DNA from: Carcharhinus amblyrhynchos
Lineage: Eukaryota
Length of the DNA stretch: 64,000 bases
Assembly (NCBI GenBank): GCA_965287045.1
Contig: OZ336872.1
Coordinates: 30,690,001-30,754,000 of the forward strand
Reading direction: 5' to 3'
Below are positions 26,399 to 39,346 of the stretch, one piece after another (the first letter of the stretch is position 1; each line of letters begins with the position of its first letter). The notes under the pieces were generated by a model, which was not told the origin of the DNA, ran no database searches, and saw nothing but the letters and a program-made list of their open reading frames with translations. Position numbers and translations under genes: made by a program.

Positions 26399-26531
26399 AA
26401 GGGTTGGAGCAGCCTGTGAAACAAAAAGATCTCTTGGATGGCAGGGACGCCTTTTCCTATGAGTACTACCCTGTCACACCTGGAAAACACATCGTCACTA
26501 TCACCTGGGGTGGTCATAACATTCCCAGGAG
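26399..26531 (+). CDS. FLNB: FLNB exon 10 (Ig3), 133 nt
   Basis: ttgacag|AAGGG...GGAG|gtgagt; [45 protein letters not shown]; not in the ORF track. Confidence 0.95.
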
Positions 26532-27193
26532 GTGAGTTTGTCCGTCTTGCAAAGCTCAGTTGATACATTCAAATGAGGATAACAAATTTTAAGTTTATTT
26601 CTAGTTCAAAAATAAATCAATTGTTTCTTTGAAAATTTCCCCTCATAGCCACTTTTCTTTTTGAAACAAGTGAACTGCTTAAAACTCAGGCCCCTCTATT
26701 CATCTACTGTTGTAACTTTTTGTATATAGCCTTAAAACTATTGTGCATTCCATCTAACTATCTGGATCTTTCCCCTGTCCCAACCCCAAACTAAAGCAAT
26801 GGGATATTTTTGAATGAAACTTCTCCCTTTAGTGAGTAACAGATGTACTGTTCGGCAAGAAAAAATGTTCCTGATTCATCCTCAAATGATTGTGACTTTG
26901 CTTCCGTTGGTGTAACTATCAGCTCTTCAATGTGACCAGCTGCAGGATGTTTAGTCCTCAACTGCTTTTGGATATGTTGGTCTAATGTAAAACAATTTGT
27001 ATGAAACATTGTATTTTTTCAATTTCCTGTTGTGTTTACATGAATTACGCTTTAAATGTTGGCAAGATCATTCTTAACTGTTAGTGCACGAAATGTAACA
27101 AAATTCAATGTTAAACCCTTTGGTGTAGTGCAAATGATGAGAATATTGTGATAGTGGTTTCAACCTGAACACAAATATTTTCCCTTCTATTAG

Positions 27194-27330
27194 TCCTTTT
27201 GAAATTCAGATTGGACCTGAAGCAGGTATTCAAAAGATACGAGCCTGGGGACCTGGCCTTGATGGAGGAGTTGTTGGCAAGTCGGCAGACTTTGTCGTAG
27301 AAACTATTGGGACAGATGTTGGTGTGCTAG
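27194..27330 (+). CDS. FLNB: FLNB exon 11 (Ig3/Ig4), 137 nt
   Basis: tattag|TCCTT...CTAG|gtaaag; [37 protein letters not shown]. Confidence 0.96.
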
Positions 27331-27779
27331 GTAAAGTTAGTTTTGCAAAATGTTTTTACATTAAATACTATAGTAGTTATGATTTGAGACCAAGACTGGT
27401 GTTTCTATATTGGAGTTGCAGGATTAACTTGCTCCCAAGAACTCCACTTAAAGAATGTTCTTGTTGTCATGCACCTAGATGTTACATCCTCAACTGCACA
27501 CTCTCTTTCAGGCTTCACAAATTTCACATCAGATTTGCTTTAGAAGGCACTTGCGCTGTGTGGAACAGCTTCAGATTGTTAAATACATTTATTTGGCTTG
27601 TTAAAATGGAATATCACGCTGAGTGAGAAGTGACTACAATGACAAGATCATCCAGTTATAGATGGACCAAATTTTGTTTAACATGCAAGCAACTTCAACA
27701 CTTCTCTTTGTGATAGTGATAATTGTAACTTCATTTTGAATTTGAGCTACAAATGTTGAAAGATTAATCTGTTTTGCAG

Positions 27780-27973
27780 GTTTTGCAGTGGAGGGTCCCT
27801 CTCAAGCCAAGATTGAATGTGATGATCAGAGTGATGGCTCCTGTAATGTACGCTACTGGCCAACAGAACCTGGTGAATATGCAGTGCATGTTTTGTGCGA
27901 TGATGACGACATCGTGGATAGTCCTTTTATGGCCACCATTCAACCTGCATCAACTGCCTTCCATCCTGATAAG
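27780..27973 (+). CDS. FLNB: FLNB exon 12 (Ig4), 194 nt, non-canonical GC donor
   Basis: ttgcag|GTTTT...TAAG|gcaaga; [16 protein letters not shown]...[18 protein letters not shown]. Confidence 0.92.
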
Positions 27974-29043
27974 GCAAGAGTCCTTTTGGGATCAAGTATG
28001 ACTTGTTCCCATTATTTGATGGGTTCTGAGATAGTAATAGTACACCTCTGTGGGGCAGTTGGTGTTTAGATGGTCGAGTAGATGGGTTGAGAAGTTTGTA
28101 CACACTTTGGAGCTTCACTTCATCTTTGTTCCTGACAGTCTCTCATTTTGTCATGTCCCAAATAAATCTTTTCTAGGGATTACCATGTGTCAATGGGGAT
28201 GTTTAACCACCATTGATGCTTTGAGGAAATCTCTGAAAGCATCTCCACTATCCTCCTGGAAGTTTTTTGCTGCAAGTTGAGTGGAGTAGTTGCTTTGGGA
28301 ATGTGGCCTCAGCATATGAATGTCCTATCCAACAGAACTGTTACATGCCTTAATGCTGGACATGTTGGCTTGGAGGGCTGTTGTTGGAACACTATCTTGC
28401 CAACAGATTTGCAAGATTTTACAATCTCGCTGCTGGTGATACTTCAGTATTTTGAAGTGTCTGCTGTAAATTGTCCAAGCCTTAAATAGGAAACAAAATC
28501 ACTCCAATGTACTTCAATTGTTGAGTTCCAGTATGCAGGTGACACTTGTGCTTGCTCAGACTGAACTCCAGGTCATTGTAAACACCACTTCTGAAGCATA
28601 CAAAGGGCAATTCAATAAATGCACAACTTCCAATGCATTAAATGTTTGTCTTAATTCATTTTTATAAAATCTGATCATGGCATATATTGTAAGGTAGTTC
28701 ATAGAAGGCTGCCTCCTGTCTCTTGCTCACACACTCTGGCTAATTACTTGAGGCAGGTGCAGAGGAGATTAAATCATTTTGATGCATATCCTGAATATAT
28801 TAAGAACACAACAAGCCATTAAGTTATTAGCAAAGCAAAATTCTAACACTCAAGAATGATCAATACTTAAAGTTGGTTGCAGTGCTTTTTATTCAAGATT
28901 ATCAGGTCTGTTGGGATGTATGTTGACATGGAACCCATTTCACAACTTGGTGTAGCTTGCTCATTTCTGTCTAACTGTATTGTATGTGCTTGATGACCAG
29001 GGCTTTCCCCCTTATTTAGTAACAGTCTGGCTCAGCCATGATA

Positions 29044-29243
29044 CAGTAAGAAGCCTCAACACCAGGTTGAAGTCCAATAGGTTTATTTGATAGCAAAATC
29101 CACTAGCTTTTGGAGCATCTTCTGCTCCATCAGGTGAGTTCACCTTTGCTCATCTGACAAGAGCAGCAACCTCCTGTTGGACTTCAACCTGGTGTTGACA
29201 CTTCTTACTGTGTTTGTCCTAGTCCAATGCCAGCATCTCCACA
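29044..29243. mobile_element. Fold-back Penelope-like short element, copy B
   Basis: Arms cagtaagaag..caacaccaggttgaagtccaa / ttggacttcaacctggtgttg..cttcttactg; flanks TCAGCCATGATA / TCAGCCGTGATA. Confidence 0.75.
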
Positions 29244-29573
29244 TCAGCCGTGATAGCCAGATAAATGTGGAAAGTGGCTAAATAAGCATGTATAGGTTTT
29301 CTAAGCTGCATTTTACAATGTAGATGATGCATTGGTGCTGTATGCTGCAAAGATCAGTAAATAAAATGCAAAGTCATTCAAATATAAGCTTAAAATACCT
29401 CTTAGTCCTATAGTTGACATTTCTAGTTTAGGCTAATTTGGTAATCCTGAAAGGGATATCTATATATTAGATATTTTAAATGGCAGCTACGATATTGTAT
29501 ATTCTGAAGAATGGAGGAATCTATTGAACGGTGACTTTTTGTTACAAGATGTGGTGTTTTCCTCCTCGCACAG

Positions 29574-29687
29574 GTTAAAGCCTATGGTCCTGGCTTGGAG
29601 AAAACTGGCTGCATTGTTCACAAACCAGCTGACTTCACAGTGGATGCTAAAGATGCTGGGAAGGCACCACTAAAAATTTACGCACAA
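29574..29687 (+). CDS. FLNB: FLNB exon 13 (Ig5), 114 nt
   Basis: gcacag|GTTAAA...ACAA|gtaaga; [38 protein letters not shown]. Confidence 0.96.
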
Positions 29688-30235
29688 GTAAGAAGAACCA
29701 ATTCTGCATTTTGTTCCTCCCACTATTGATGCAAGTCTTATCATCGTATGAACTTTCCAATGCAATTTGGAAAATATGCCCTTGCCAACTATCTAATGAA
29801 GCAATAGAAAACTGGTTATCTTTTTAAAAAAAAGACAGGTTGACGTTCTTTGGCAACAGAATAGAAAATTGGCCCCAGACGCTCTGGTTCAGAGGCTGCT
29901 TAGTACAGTGAATTAGTAACACCTGTTTGTCTGTACACCCATGACACATGCACTTGCATGGATTGTAATCCTGTAATGTGCAGTTTTGGGGTGGATGGGG
30001 GGGAGAGGGGGATGGAAATCTTTTTTGTCTTGAACACGCTGCCTGAGAAGTAGGATCCCATTTCTGGCTTAAAATTTGTTTAGATTTGTGACATTTAGTG
30101 TTCAAAGACTTAAAGTTCCTCCCTGCAGCTGAATTCTTATCACCTTTATAAGTGATATTGTTGAAGTTTTAATAGCACTGCTAGATAAAGATCCTGCTGC
30201 ATAAGGCAATCTTTAATGTAAAAAGCTTTTCCATT

Positions 30236-30470
30236 GGATGGCACAGTGGTTAGCACTGCCTCACAGCACCAGGGACCTGAATTTAATTCCAGTCTTGAGT
30301 GAATGCCTTGTGTGGAGTTTGCATGTTCTGTGGGTTTTCTCCCACACTGAAGATGTGCAGGTTAGGTTAATTGGCAGAGTAAATATGGAGGTAGGGTCTG
30401 GGTGAAATTATTGTCGATGCAGGGTCGATGGCCCAAATGGCTACCTTCTGCATTGTCAGGATTCTATGAC
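30236..30470 (+). mobile_element. HE1/V-SINE-like SINE ending ~20 nt before exon 14
   Basis: 'ggcacagtggttagcactgcctcacagcaccagggacc' head plus V core. Confidence 0.8.
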
Positions 30471-30492
30471 TGTTTGTATCTGCAATTTATAG

Positions 30493-30636
30493 GATTCGGA
30501 AGGCATTCCTATCAATGTTCAAGTAAAGAATAAAGGTGATGGATTAACAGCCTGCTCCTATATTCCGACCAAACCAATCAAGCACACTGTTGCAATTGCA
30601 TGGGGAGGAGTCAATGTCCCCAACAGCCCATTCAGA
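30493..30636 (+). CDS. FLNB: FLNB exon 14 (Ig5), 144 nt
   Basis: ttatag|GATTC...CAGA|gtaagt; [17 protein letters not shown]...[12 protein letters not shown]. Confidence 0.96.
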
Positions 30637-31169
30637 GTAAGTTGGCATTCACTTCTGTCATTCCCTTGATCTTGCATGTAGTAGGAAGATGGTGTTCCTG
30701 TCAATGGCCTGTACCCTAATGTCTGTTCTTGCTTTGCAAGACATAACTACCGAAAGCAAAATTGAAGTTGTAACTATGTATAAGTAGTCACTTTGCCCTT
30801 TTCCTCATGCAGATGTGTTGATACTTGCCAAGACTTAACTTCTGACACAAATGGTTTCAGGATTTTGATGCTCTTTTTTTATTCTCCATAATGACCAAGT
30901 CTTAGCTGGAGCCAGTGTTGTGCTGAACTCCTTGCTATTTGGGAATTTCCCAAGTAGCAAATTTAAATTTGAAATCTGTTTGAAACTCATTCTTTATGCC
31001 AAGAAACTTTTAGGAAATTAGTTATGGCCCCTTTGGGATGATTTGTGACTCTTGCATAGTTCAGTACCACACACAAGTGTATATTTATCTACAGAGTTAT
31101 GTGAAGCACAGGCATGTTTAAAATGACTGCTTAGCTGTTTCGTTTTTCTAAATTAACTTGTGTCTTTAG

Positions 31170-31293
31170 ATTAATATCGGCCAGGGGAGTCATCCACAAA
31201 AGGTGAAGGTTTTTGGTCCTGGCATTGAAAGAACTGGTTTGAAAGCTAATGAACCGACTCATTTTACAGTGGATTGCACAGAAGCTGGGGAAG
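31170..31293 (+). CDS. FLNB: FLNB exon 15 (Ig6), 124 nt
   Basis: ctttag|ATTAA...GAAG|gtaagg; [41 protein letters not shown]. Confidence 0.96.
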
Positions 31294-31419
31294 GTAAGGA
31301 AAAGGCCTGGAAAATGTATGCTACTTATTTCTTGTTTTCCCTCAACCATTTCTGCACAGTTGCTCTTCCAGTTGTGGTCATACCATAAGACTGACTCTCT
31401 CTATATTTATTTGTTTACA

Positions 31420-32110
31420 GGATGTGGGTGTTGCTGGCTAGTCCAGCATTTATTACCCATCCCTAATTATCCTTAAAGGTAATAGTGAGCCACCTCCCAA
31501 CTTCTGCAGTCCATGTGACGCAGGTAGACCCACAGTGCAGTTAGGATGAGAGTTCCATGACTTTAACCCAGCAAGGGTGAAGGAATAGTAGTATATTTCC
31601 AAATCAGGATGGTGTGTGGCTAGGAGAGCTTGCAGGTGATGGTGGTGTTCCCATGCATTTGCTGCTCTTGTCCTTCTGAGTGATATAGGTTGTGGGCTTG
31701 GAAGGTGCTGCAGTGAATCTTATAAACGGTATGCAGTACTGGAGGGAATGAATATTTAAGTTGGTGGGTGAGGTGCCAATCAAGTGGGCTGCTTTATCCT
31801 GGATGGTGTCAAACTTGAGTGAAGCTGCACTCAACTAGGCAAGTGGAGAATATTCCATCACACTTGTGACTTGGGCTTGTAGATGGTGGATGGGCTTTGG
31901 AGTCAAGTGAGCAACCATCTGCAGAATTTTACGTCTGTAGCGTGCCCTTGTAGCCACAGTATTTGCATTGAGTCCAATTGCATCATTGTTTGTCAATGCA
32001 AACTGCTAAAGTAGGGGATTCAGTGATAGTCATGTCACGAGGGGATTCTGTCTTGTTGGAGTTGTCTGCCTCTTGTGAGGTGTGAATGTGACTTGCCACT
32101 TGTCTGTCCA
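31420..32110 (-). mobile_element. L2/CR1-group LINE 3' end (second family)
   Basis: LKFDTIQDKAAHLIGTSPTNLNIHSL; a related copy lies at ~2370-2755. Confidence 0.65.
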
Positions 32111-32717
32111 ACCTTTCTTGATCATGCATTTTTGCTCTGGTTTGGAATAGACCAGTTCATTGGTGGTGAGCAAACATTTGGCTTTAAGACTTTTTCTGAA
32201 ATCCTAATCCTAAAAGAATAACAATTGAACAGGATGTCAGATGAAACAGTCCACATGAGTCAATGACTTCATGAATTTTCAGTATTCACCAAACTGATGA
32301 GACTGGGGTGATCTCTGGTTTCATCCCAAGTCCATGTTGATCTCTTCAGATGACTAAAATAGTAAAATTAGTTTAATGTTCCCATGTTGAAGAGGAAAAA
32401 ATTGGCAGGATTCCTGAACTTTGCTCTTGTGATTTGTGCGCGGGTATGTCACAGGAACTCTGATTCCTGTCATAGTAATAAGTCCAACAAGTTTACTTGG
32501 TAGCAATAGTCAGTGGTCAAACCCTGTTAATATTACTAGCCAAGACTGATGCATCCCCATTACCACTCAGAATGCGGAAGGCCAAGCAGAAATGCAAATG
32601 TGCAATATGGAAGGAAATTTGTATTTGGTTATCAGGAAAATGTGATACTAGCTAAGCAGATTTACAGATGTTTCCAGTTGAGGTCAATTGTAACTTCTCT
32701 TCTACGCTTGTCTTCAG

Positions 32718-32878
32718 GTGATGTCAGTGTTGGCATAAAATGTGATGCTCGTGTGATTAGTGAATCTGAGGAGGACATTGAGTTTGACATCATTACAAAT
32801 CCTAACGATACTTTCACAGTCAAATATACACCACCTGCTGCTGGTCGGTACACCATTAAAGTACTGTTTGCTGGTCAG
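32718..32878 (+). CDS. FLNB: FLNB exon 16 (Ig6), 161 nt
   Basis: cttcag|GTGAT...TCAG|gtttgt; [26 protein letters not shown]...[10 protein letters not shown]. Confidence 0.96.
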
Positions 32879-32967
32879 GTTTGTATCCTGTAACTAAAGC
32901 TACCCAGTATTACACCTTGGCTCTTGTAGCTTGTGCAATTGGCTAATCCTCCATCCTTTTTTAATAG

Positions 32968-33058
32968 GAAATTCCCATGGGCTCTTTCAGAGTTAAAGTG
33001 GATCCATCACATGATGCCAGCAAAGTTAAGGCTGAAGGTCCAGGGTTAAGTAAAACTG
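32968..33058 (+). CDS. FLNB: FLNB exon 17 (Ig6/Ig7), 91 nt, after an 89-nt intron
   Basis: taatag|GAAAT...ACTG|gtaaga; [30 protein letters not shown]. Confidence 0.95.
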
Positions 33059-34681
33059 GTAAGAATCAACACTTACTCCCATGAGAGCATTTGTAGGTCA
33101 GTTCAGCCTTCTGATCTTTGTCTATTTTGCACCTTGTTCTGTGCTATTAAAAGTTTTTTGCTAGTATTCACAGCTTATAACATAGTGTATCAAATGTTCC
33201 AAAGCATGCATGTGAACTTGGTAAAATATCTTGGGACTTGCTAAATAAAGCAGGGTACATTCTGTTTTGTTTTGAACCATTGCCCAGGTTTAGTAGATCA
33301 AATTGAAATTCCTCAACCTGTAAGTCTTTGTTGCTTTTGCAAGCAATCTTAATCAGTTCCCTGAATTGTAATTGAATATTTTGGCCTCTTTCTTTGTCAA
33401 TGAGAAGCTTCTCCTTATGGTAGTCCTGGAAAAGAACTCTGATCCACTATCTAATGCATGTCCATAGCTAAGAGTGATGTATTATGATGGAAGTATTGGT
33501 TCCACAGCTGTCTTTGAGCAACTTCAGAGTGCCTTAATGTTGATAACAAATTTGGTGCTTGCTGCTGGTTGCAGTTTTTTAAAAAAACTAAGCAATCAGA
33601 TTTAAGTAATTGAGGCTGTGTGGTTCTGTGGTGTGAAAAAATATTGAAATATTTGTGTTACTGCAGAAATGCAGTATGAAATAATTATGGTTAAAAGGCT
33701 ATTTATGTCAGTGCATGACTTGATTGTTCAAAATAGGCAGCTCCATATGTCTTTGTCATTGAGTAATGTAATGTGATAAATCTGAAAAGACTCTGGAAAC
33801 CATGTGGTTTCCTTATGACTTAAAATAGTGCTGTTCTGTGCCCCTAACCCCCATGGCGATCTTTCCTTTTTCAACCACTATGTAGCTTTTGTCAAAGAAA
33901 GCTAACCTGGGCCAAAAGACTGTCTGCTTTTGGTTTGCCTGGTATGTTCTTGTGGAGTATAATTTTTAACGTAATGCCTATTACTTGAGTAAGCCTCAAT
34001 TCATTCTGGAAATCTCTGCAGGGAGCAACTGTAAATAATCAAGGTACTTCTAAGCAGATGTTAAAGTGGTATTCAACTCTATCATTCTGTAGTATTTTAT
34101 ACTGTTCTTGACTCCAGAAAATGAAGAAAACCGTGCTTGCCTTGAAAGGATAATGGTCAATGCACGTAATCAGCCATGGTAAACACATGTTTGCCTTAGT
34201 TGTCAGGGTTATCCAATATTGTATTCTTTTTGCTCGAATGGACAAGTTGAGATTTTGGGTGTGCATGTTTTTGTTGTGAGTTTGATTGAGGGGACAATAC
34301 TGGACTGATGTTTGTGCTCAATGTAATGCTTATACTCAACTGGCCATCTTTTTGCAAACTTGTTCAATGGTTTCAAATTCAAATACTCATTAATTTTGGC
34401 CTGGAATAAGGTGCTGTCAGCTCTAGCTGCTGGCAGTCATTCCCATGTTTTACCAGTGGTCTCAGGCTACCTGGAAGTACAGACCTCTGAAGGAGTAATC
34501 TCATTGTGAGGGAGCAAGGATCAGTGGTAACTTATTCAGTGGAATATTTTGAAATTGTATTCTGCAGGGCAAATTTATCATTTTTGGGGGAATGCTGCCC
34601 CTTTCCCATTAGTTTCCCTGTTGTCTGATATCATTTGTTGCATAATAAGCTCTAACTGAGTAATGTTTTTTCAATGGACAG

Positions 34682-34851
34682 GAGTAGAACTTGGGAAGCC
34701 AACCCACTTCACCGTCTTTACAAAAGGTGCTGGGAAGGCCCCACTTCAAGCACGTTTCAGTGGACCTGCAAAAGGAGATGCCGTTGCTGATTTTGAAATT
34801 ATCGATAATTATGACTACTCGCAGACAGTCAAGTATACACCACTACAGCAG
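34682..34851 (+). CDS. FLNB: FLNB exon 18 (Ig7), 170 nt
   Basis: ggacag|GAGTA...GCAG|gtgggt; [20 protein letters not shown]...[16 protein letters not shown]. Confidence 0.95.
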
Positions 34852-35107
34852 GTGGGTACTGGTATTCACCTGTCATACTTCATTGATTCTTACATGGAAT
34901 CAAGATCTTTGGGATGGTTTCTTGGAACAGCAACAGAGCAGGTAATACTAGCCTGGTACGGTGCAATGAGTGGGATTGATGACCTCCTGAAGGTATCCCT
35001 AGGTAGCATAATCATTACTATGATTGAATTTTGCATTGTTAGACCAATAGGATATTGGAGGCAAAACTAGTATTTTAAACTTGAATGACAGTTATGAGGG
35101 CATGAAA

Positions 35108-36728
35108 GAACATAACATAACATAAGAAATAGGAGCAGGAGGAGGCCATCTAGCCCTTCGAGCCTGCCCCGCCATTCAATAAGATCATGGCTGATCTGTT
35201 GTGGCTCAGTTCCACTTTCCCGCCCTCTCCCCATAACCCTTAATCCCCTCTCTTATCAAGAACCCATCAACCCGCTTCTTAAAAATATTTAGCGAGGCAG
35301 CCTCCACCACTTCAACGGGCAGAGAATTCCAGAGATTCACCACCCTTTGAGTGAAGAAGTTCCTCCTCAACTCCGTTCTAAACCGCCTCCCCTTATCTTG
35401 AGGCTGTGCCCCCTAGTCCTACTGTCTTTTTTGAGCGGGAAGAGTCTCTCCACCTCTATCCTATCCATCCCATTCATCATCTTGTACGTCTCAATGAGAT
35501 CTCCCCTCATTCTTCTAAACTCTAACGAGTACAAGCCTAGTTTATTCAGCCTCTCCTCATAGCTCAATCCCCTCAACTCTGGTATCAGCCTAGTAAACCT
35601 CCTCTGCACTCCCTCCAGGGCCAGAATATCCTTGCGCAGGTGCGGCGCCCAAAACTGCACACAGTACTCCAGCTGCGGCCTCACCAATGCCCTATACAGC
35701 TGCAGCAAGACCTCCCTACTTTTATATTCAATCCCCCTCGCTATGAAGGCCAGCATCCCATTCGCCTTCCTGACCACCTGCTGCACCTGCAAGCTGGGTT
35801 TTTGCGACTCATGCACAAGGACCCCGAGGTCCCTCTGCACTGTCGCCTGCTGCAGTTTTTCGCCACGTAAGTAATAGTCCTTCCTACCATTCTTCCTACC
35901 AAAGTGGACCACCTCACACTTGCCAACATTAAATTCCATTTGCCATTTCCTGGCCCATTCGCCCAGCCTATCTAGATCCTTCTGCAGACTCTCCACACCC
36001 TCCGCACAATTTGCCTTTCCCCCAATCTTGGTGTCATCAGCAAATTTCGACACCCTGCACTCGGCTCCCTCCTCCAGATCATCTATATAAATGGTAAATA
36101 GCTGAGGCCCCAGCACCGACCCCTGGGGCACCCCACTAGTCACCAACCGCCAATCCGAATAGCACCCATTGACCCCCACTCTCTGCCTCCTATTTGACAA
36201 CCAATCCTCTATCCACGCTAACACCCTACCCCCAACTCCATGTCCCCCTGACCTTCTGCAATAACCTCTTGTGAGGTACCTTGTCAAACGCCTTCTAAAA
36301 ATCCAGAAAGACCACATCCACCGGCTCTCCTCTATTCACTGCCCTAGACACATCCTCATAGAACTCCAGTAAATTTGTCAGACACGACTTCCCTTTAATG
36401 AAACCGTGTTGCGTCCGCCCTGTCAAGCAATTCCCTTCAAGATGCCTTGCAATTTCCTCCTTAATGACGGATTCTAACATTTTACCTACCACAGACGTTA
36501 AACTAACCGGCCTATAATTCCCCGCCTTTTGCCTGGCACCCTTCTTAAACAACGGCGTAACATTAGCCGTTTTCCAATCTTCCGGCACTTCCCCGGAATC
36601 CAGCGACGTCTGGAAAATAACCACCAAGGCATCCACTATAACCTCCGCCATTTCTTTCAGAACCCTCGGATGCATTCCATCCGGTCCTGGGGACTTGTCC
36701 ACAATCAGCCCCTCCAGTCTGTCGAGCA
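35108..36728 (-). mobile_element. Young CR1/HER1-like LINE, 5'-truncated, best-preserved RT (copy 4)
   Basis: ORFs 36295-36765 and 35367-36317: SGVPQGSVLGP, KFADDTK; broken by one stop (LDF*) and one +1 frameshift. Confidence 0.96.
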
Positions 36729-37399
36729 GAAGTGAATTGGCACATAGAGTTAAAGGATACATCAATTGAGATGCAGCAACAAATATTTTGGAATAGTCAA
36801 TATCTATAATCTATATAGATACAATCCAGTGAAGAATTTCACTGAAAAACTTACCATCTGTTAACTAGTGAAAGATATCAAAGAAAAAAAGCATTTTGCA
36901 GTGAAGTGAATGGTAGGTCAGAAAATTGAACAGAATATAAATGACTAAAAGATTGAGGGAGTATTAAGACAAGAGTTTCTAAGTGTTGGTCATTTAGAAA
37001 GTGAGTATGGAGAATTAATAATGTAAAGTGAGGAAATGACTAACAAATTGAAATAGGCATTTTGTATCCCTCTTTTACTATAGAGGATGTAGATATAAGT
37101 AACATTCCAGAAATAGTCCATCAGGAAATGGGAAAAGGAACTCCAGAAAATTAGACTTGCCAGAGAAATGGAATTGAGCAAGTAGTTGGAGCTATGGGGC
37201 TGACCTGAGTCCTGAAACTTCCTGAGTCCTCAAGTAGTAGTTAGTAAAATAGTTGTTTAGTTTTAATTTTCCAGCACTCACTAGATTTGGGAACGATTCC
37301 ATTAGATTGGAAAATAGCACATACCCTATTTTTAGTCAAAGGAAGACCGGAAACTACAGGCCAATTATCTTAACATGGGCAGGGGAAGACAATTGTATT

Positions 37400-37675
37400 G
37401 TTGGATTAGGAATCCAGACACCCAGCATTGTGCTGGGGACACTGGTTCAAATCCTATCACTGCTAATGGTGAAACTTGAATTAAATATAAATATGGTAGT
37501 TAAAGTCTAATGACCATGAACCCACTCAATTGCCATAAAGTCTAGTTCACTAATATCCCTTGGGGAAGGAAATCAGGCCTACATGTGACTCCAGATCCAC
37601 AGCAATGTGGTTGACTTAGTTGCCTGCAGTGATGGGTAATAGCCAGCAACCCCACATCCCATGAACACAGTAAAA
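37400..37675 (+). mobile_element. Second SINE family (tail related to the 31420 LINE); related copies ~15230-15400 and ~23810-24050
   Basis: 'ggttcaaatcc' B-box, 'ggaaggaaatc..tgactccaga.ccacagcaatgtggttgact', tail 'ccagca..ccacatcccatgaa'. Confidence 0.6.
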
Positions 37676-37821
37676 AATGTGCCACAGGGAACATGAAAGA
37701 AGCTACTATTAAATGCCTTGCAATAGGTTTGGAAATGTTTTCAGGTGATTGGATAGTGTTAACATGTTTTGATGAAAGAGAAATCCTGTTTAATCCATTT
37801 ACTGGAGCTCTGTCAAGGAGC

Positions 37822-38145
37822 TGGCAACACGACAGCTCAGTGACTATCACTGTGCAGATACATGTACCTGGGTTGGATCTCTGACTTGGGTCAGTGTCTG
37901 GGAGTTTGCACATTCTCCATACTTGTGTGGGTTTTCTGGGGTGCTCAGGTTTCCTCCCACACACCAAAAATGTGCTTTTTAGGCTGATTGGTGTTAACAA
38001 ATTGTCCCTAAATTAGACCTCCCTAAATCTGGTGGAGAAAAGTCATAAGTAAAAAGGTAGATGAGGCAGCCACTGAATGTTAAAATGGCAGCATGGGCTT
38101 GGGCTGAAGGGCCTGCTTCCTGTGCTGTGTTCTGAGTCACATGCT
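37822..38145 (+). mobile_element. HE1/V-SINE-like SINE
   Basis: 'gagtttgcacattctcc..gtgggtttt..ggtttcctcccacac' core. Confidence 0.65.
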
Positions 38146-39228
38146 GTACATAAAGGAGAACTGTTGGATGTACAGTGCTTGGATTTCTAGAAGACACATG
38201 ATTGTGCCACAAAGGTTATTGCAGAAAACAAAGTTCATGTTATAGGGAGGTAACATTGGCATGAATAGAAGATTTGACTTGCTAAAGGAAACTGGGGCTA
38301 ACCATAAGTGGGTCTTTTCTAGCAGAATGTAATTGGCCTACCAGTCTGGGCCAGGACCTAATTTATGTAAATGAATTGGATGAATGCACAGATGATATTG
38401 AGACAAGATGGGTAGGAAAGCAAGCTCTGAAGAGGATGCAAGGAGGCTACAAAGTGACAGTCGTTAAGTGAGTGGGCAAAGATCTGACAAATGGAGTATC
38501 ATGTGGGCAAGTGTGAAATTGCCCATTTTGGCAGGAAGTATACAAAAGCACATCATGGTGAGAAATTGCAGAGCTTGGATTAGGAAGAGTATGGATGTCG
38601 TAGCACATGAATTGTAAATGTTAGTATGCAAGTAAAGTAATTGGGAAAACTAATAGAATATTATTTATTCTGAGGGGAACTTTTTACAAAAGTTCACTGG
38701 TGACGCATCTGAAATAGTGTACCATATTGATTTCCTTTAAAGGAAATAAATGCATTTGAAGCAGTTTGACAAAGGGTTACTGATATCTGGAATGAACAGT
38801 TTGTAATGAAGGTTCAGCTTGTAAATGGTGGGTACATGAGTAAGAGGTGACTTGATTGAAATCTTAAGTGTTCTGAGGGGGCTTGGCAGTGGATGTGGAA
38901 AAAATGCCTCTTGTGGGAGAACCTAGGGGTCACAGTTTAAAAATTTAGTGATTTAATTTGAGGCTAATGAAGGGGCCAGGTGCCTTTTGAACTTCTCAAA
39001 AGGCAAGCTGGGCCTTTGAATATTAAGGCAAAGATAGGTATATCTTTGTGCAAGGTCATTGGGATAAGCAAAAAAATGGGATTTACAATCTGATCAACCA
39101 TGATCTTGAATTTCTGAGCGAGCTCAATGGTGGAGTTGCCTGTCATATTCATGTGAAATCTATTTGGGTAAAACTGCTCTAGCCTGTTTTGTAAAATATA
39201 CAAAGTGTTATTCTGATGTGTATTTCAG

Positions 39229-39346
39229 GGTAAGATGGGAATTGCTGTGACCTATGGTGGCGATCCAATTCCCAAGAGTCCCTTTGGCATAGAGGTAGCA
39301 TATCCACTTGACATGAGCAAGATCACGGTTAATGGTCTTGAAAACA
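39229..39346 (+). CDS. FLNB: FLNB exon 19 (Ig7/Ig8), 118 nt
   Basis: tttcag|GGTAA...AACA|gtatgt; GKMGIAVTYGGDPIPKSPFGIEVAYPLDMSKITVNGLEN. Confidence 0.95.

Larger units (their letters stand above)
36930..39135 (+). mobile_element. Heavily decayed CR1-like LINE with two nested SINEs
   Basis: Remnants GNYRPIILT, 'gagtgggcaaagatctgacaaatggag..gtgtgaaatt' and 'agaggtgacttgattgaa'. Confidence 0.65.

Noticed and set aside
35367-36765. Long reverse-transcriptase ORFs as a novel RT system or domesticated gene
   Set aside because: 5'-truncated CR1 LINE with a stop and a frameshift, and three sibling copies in the window.
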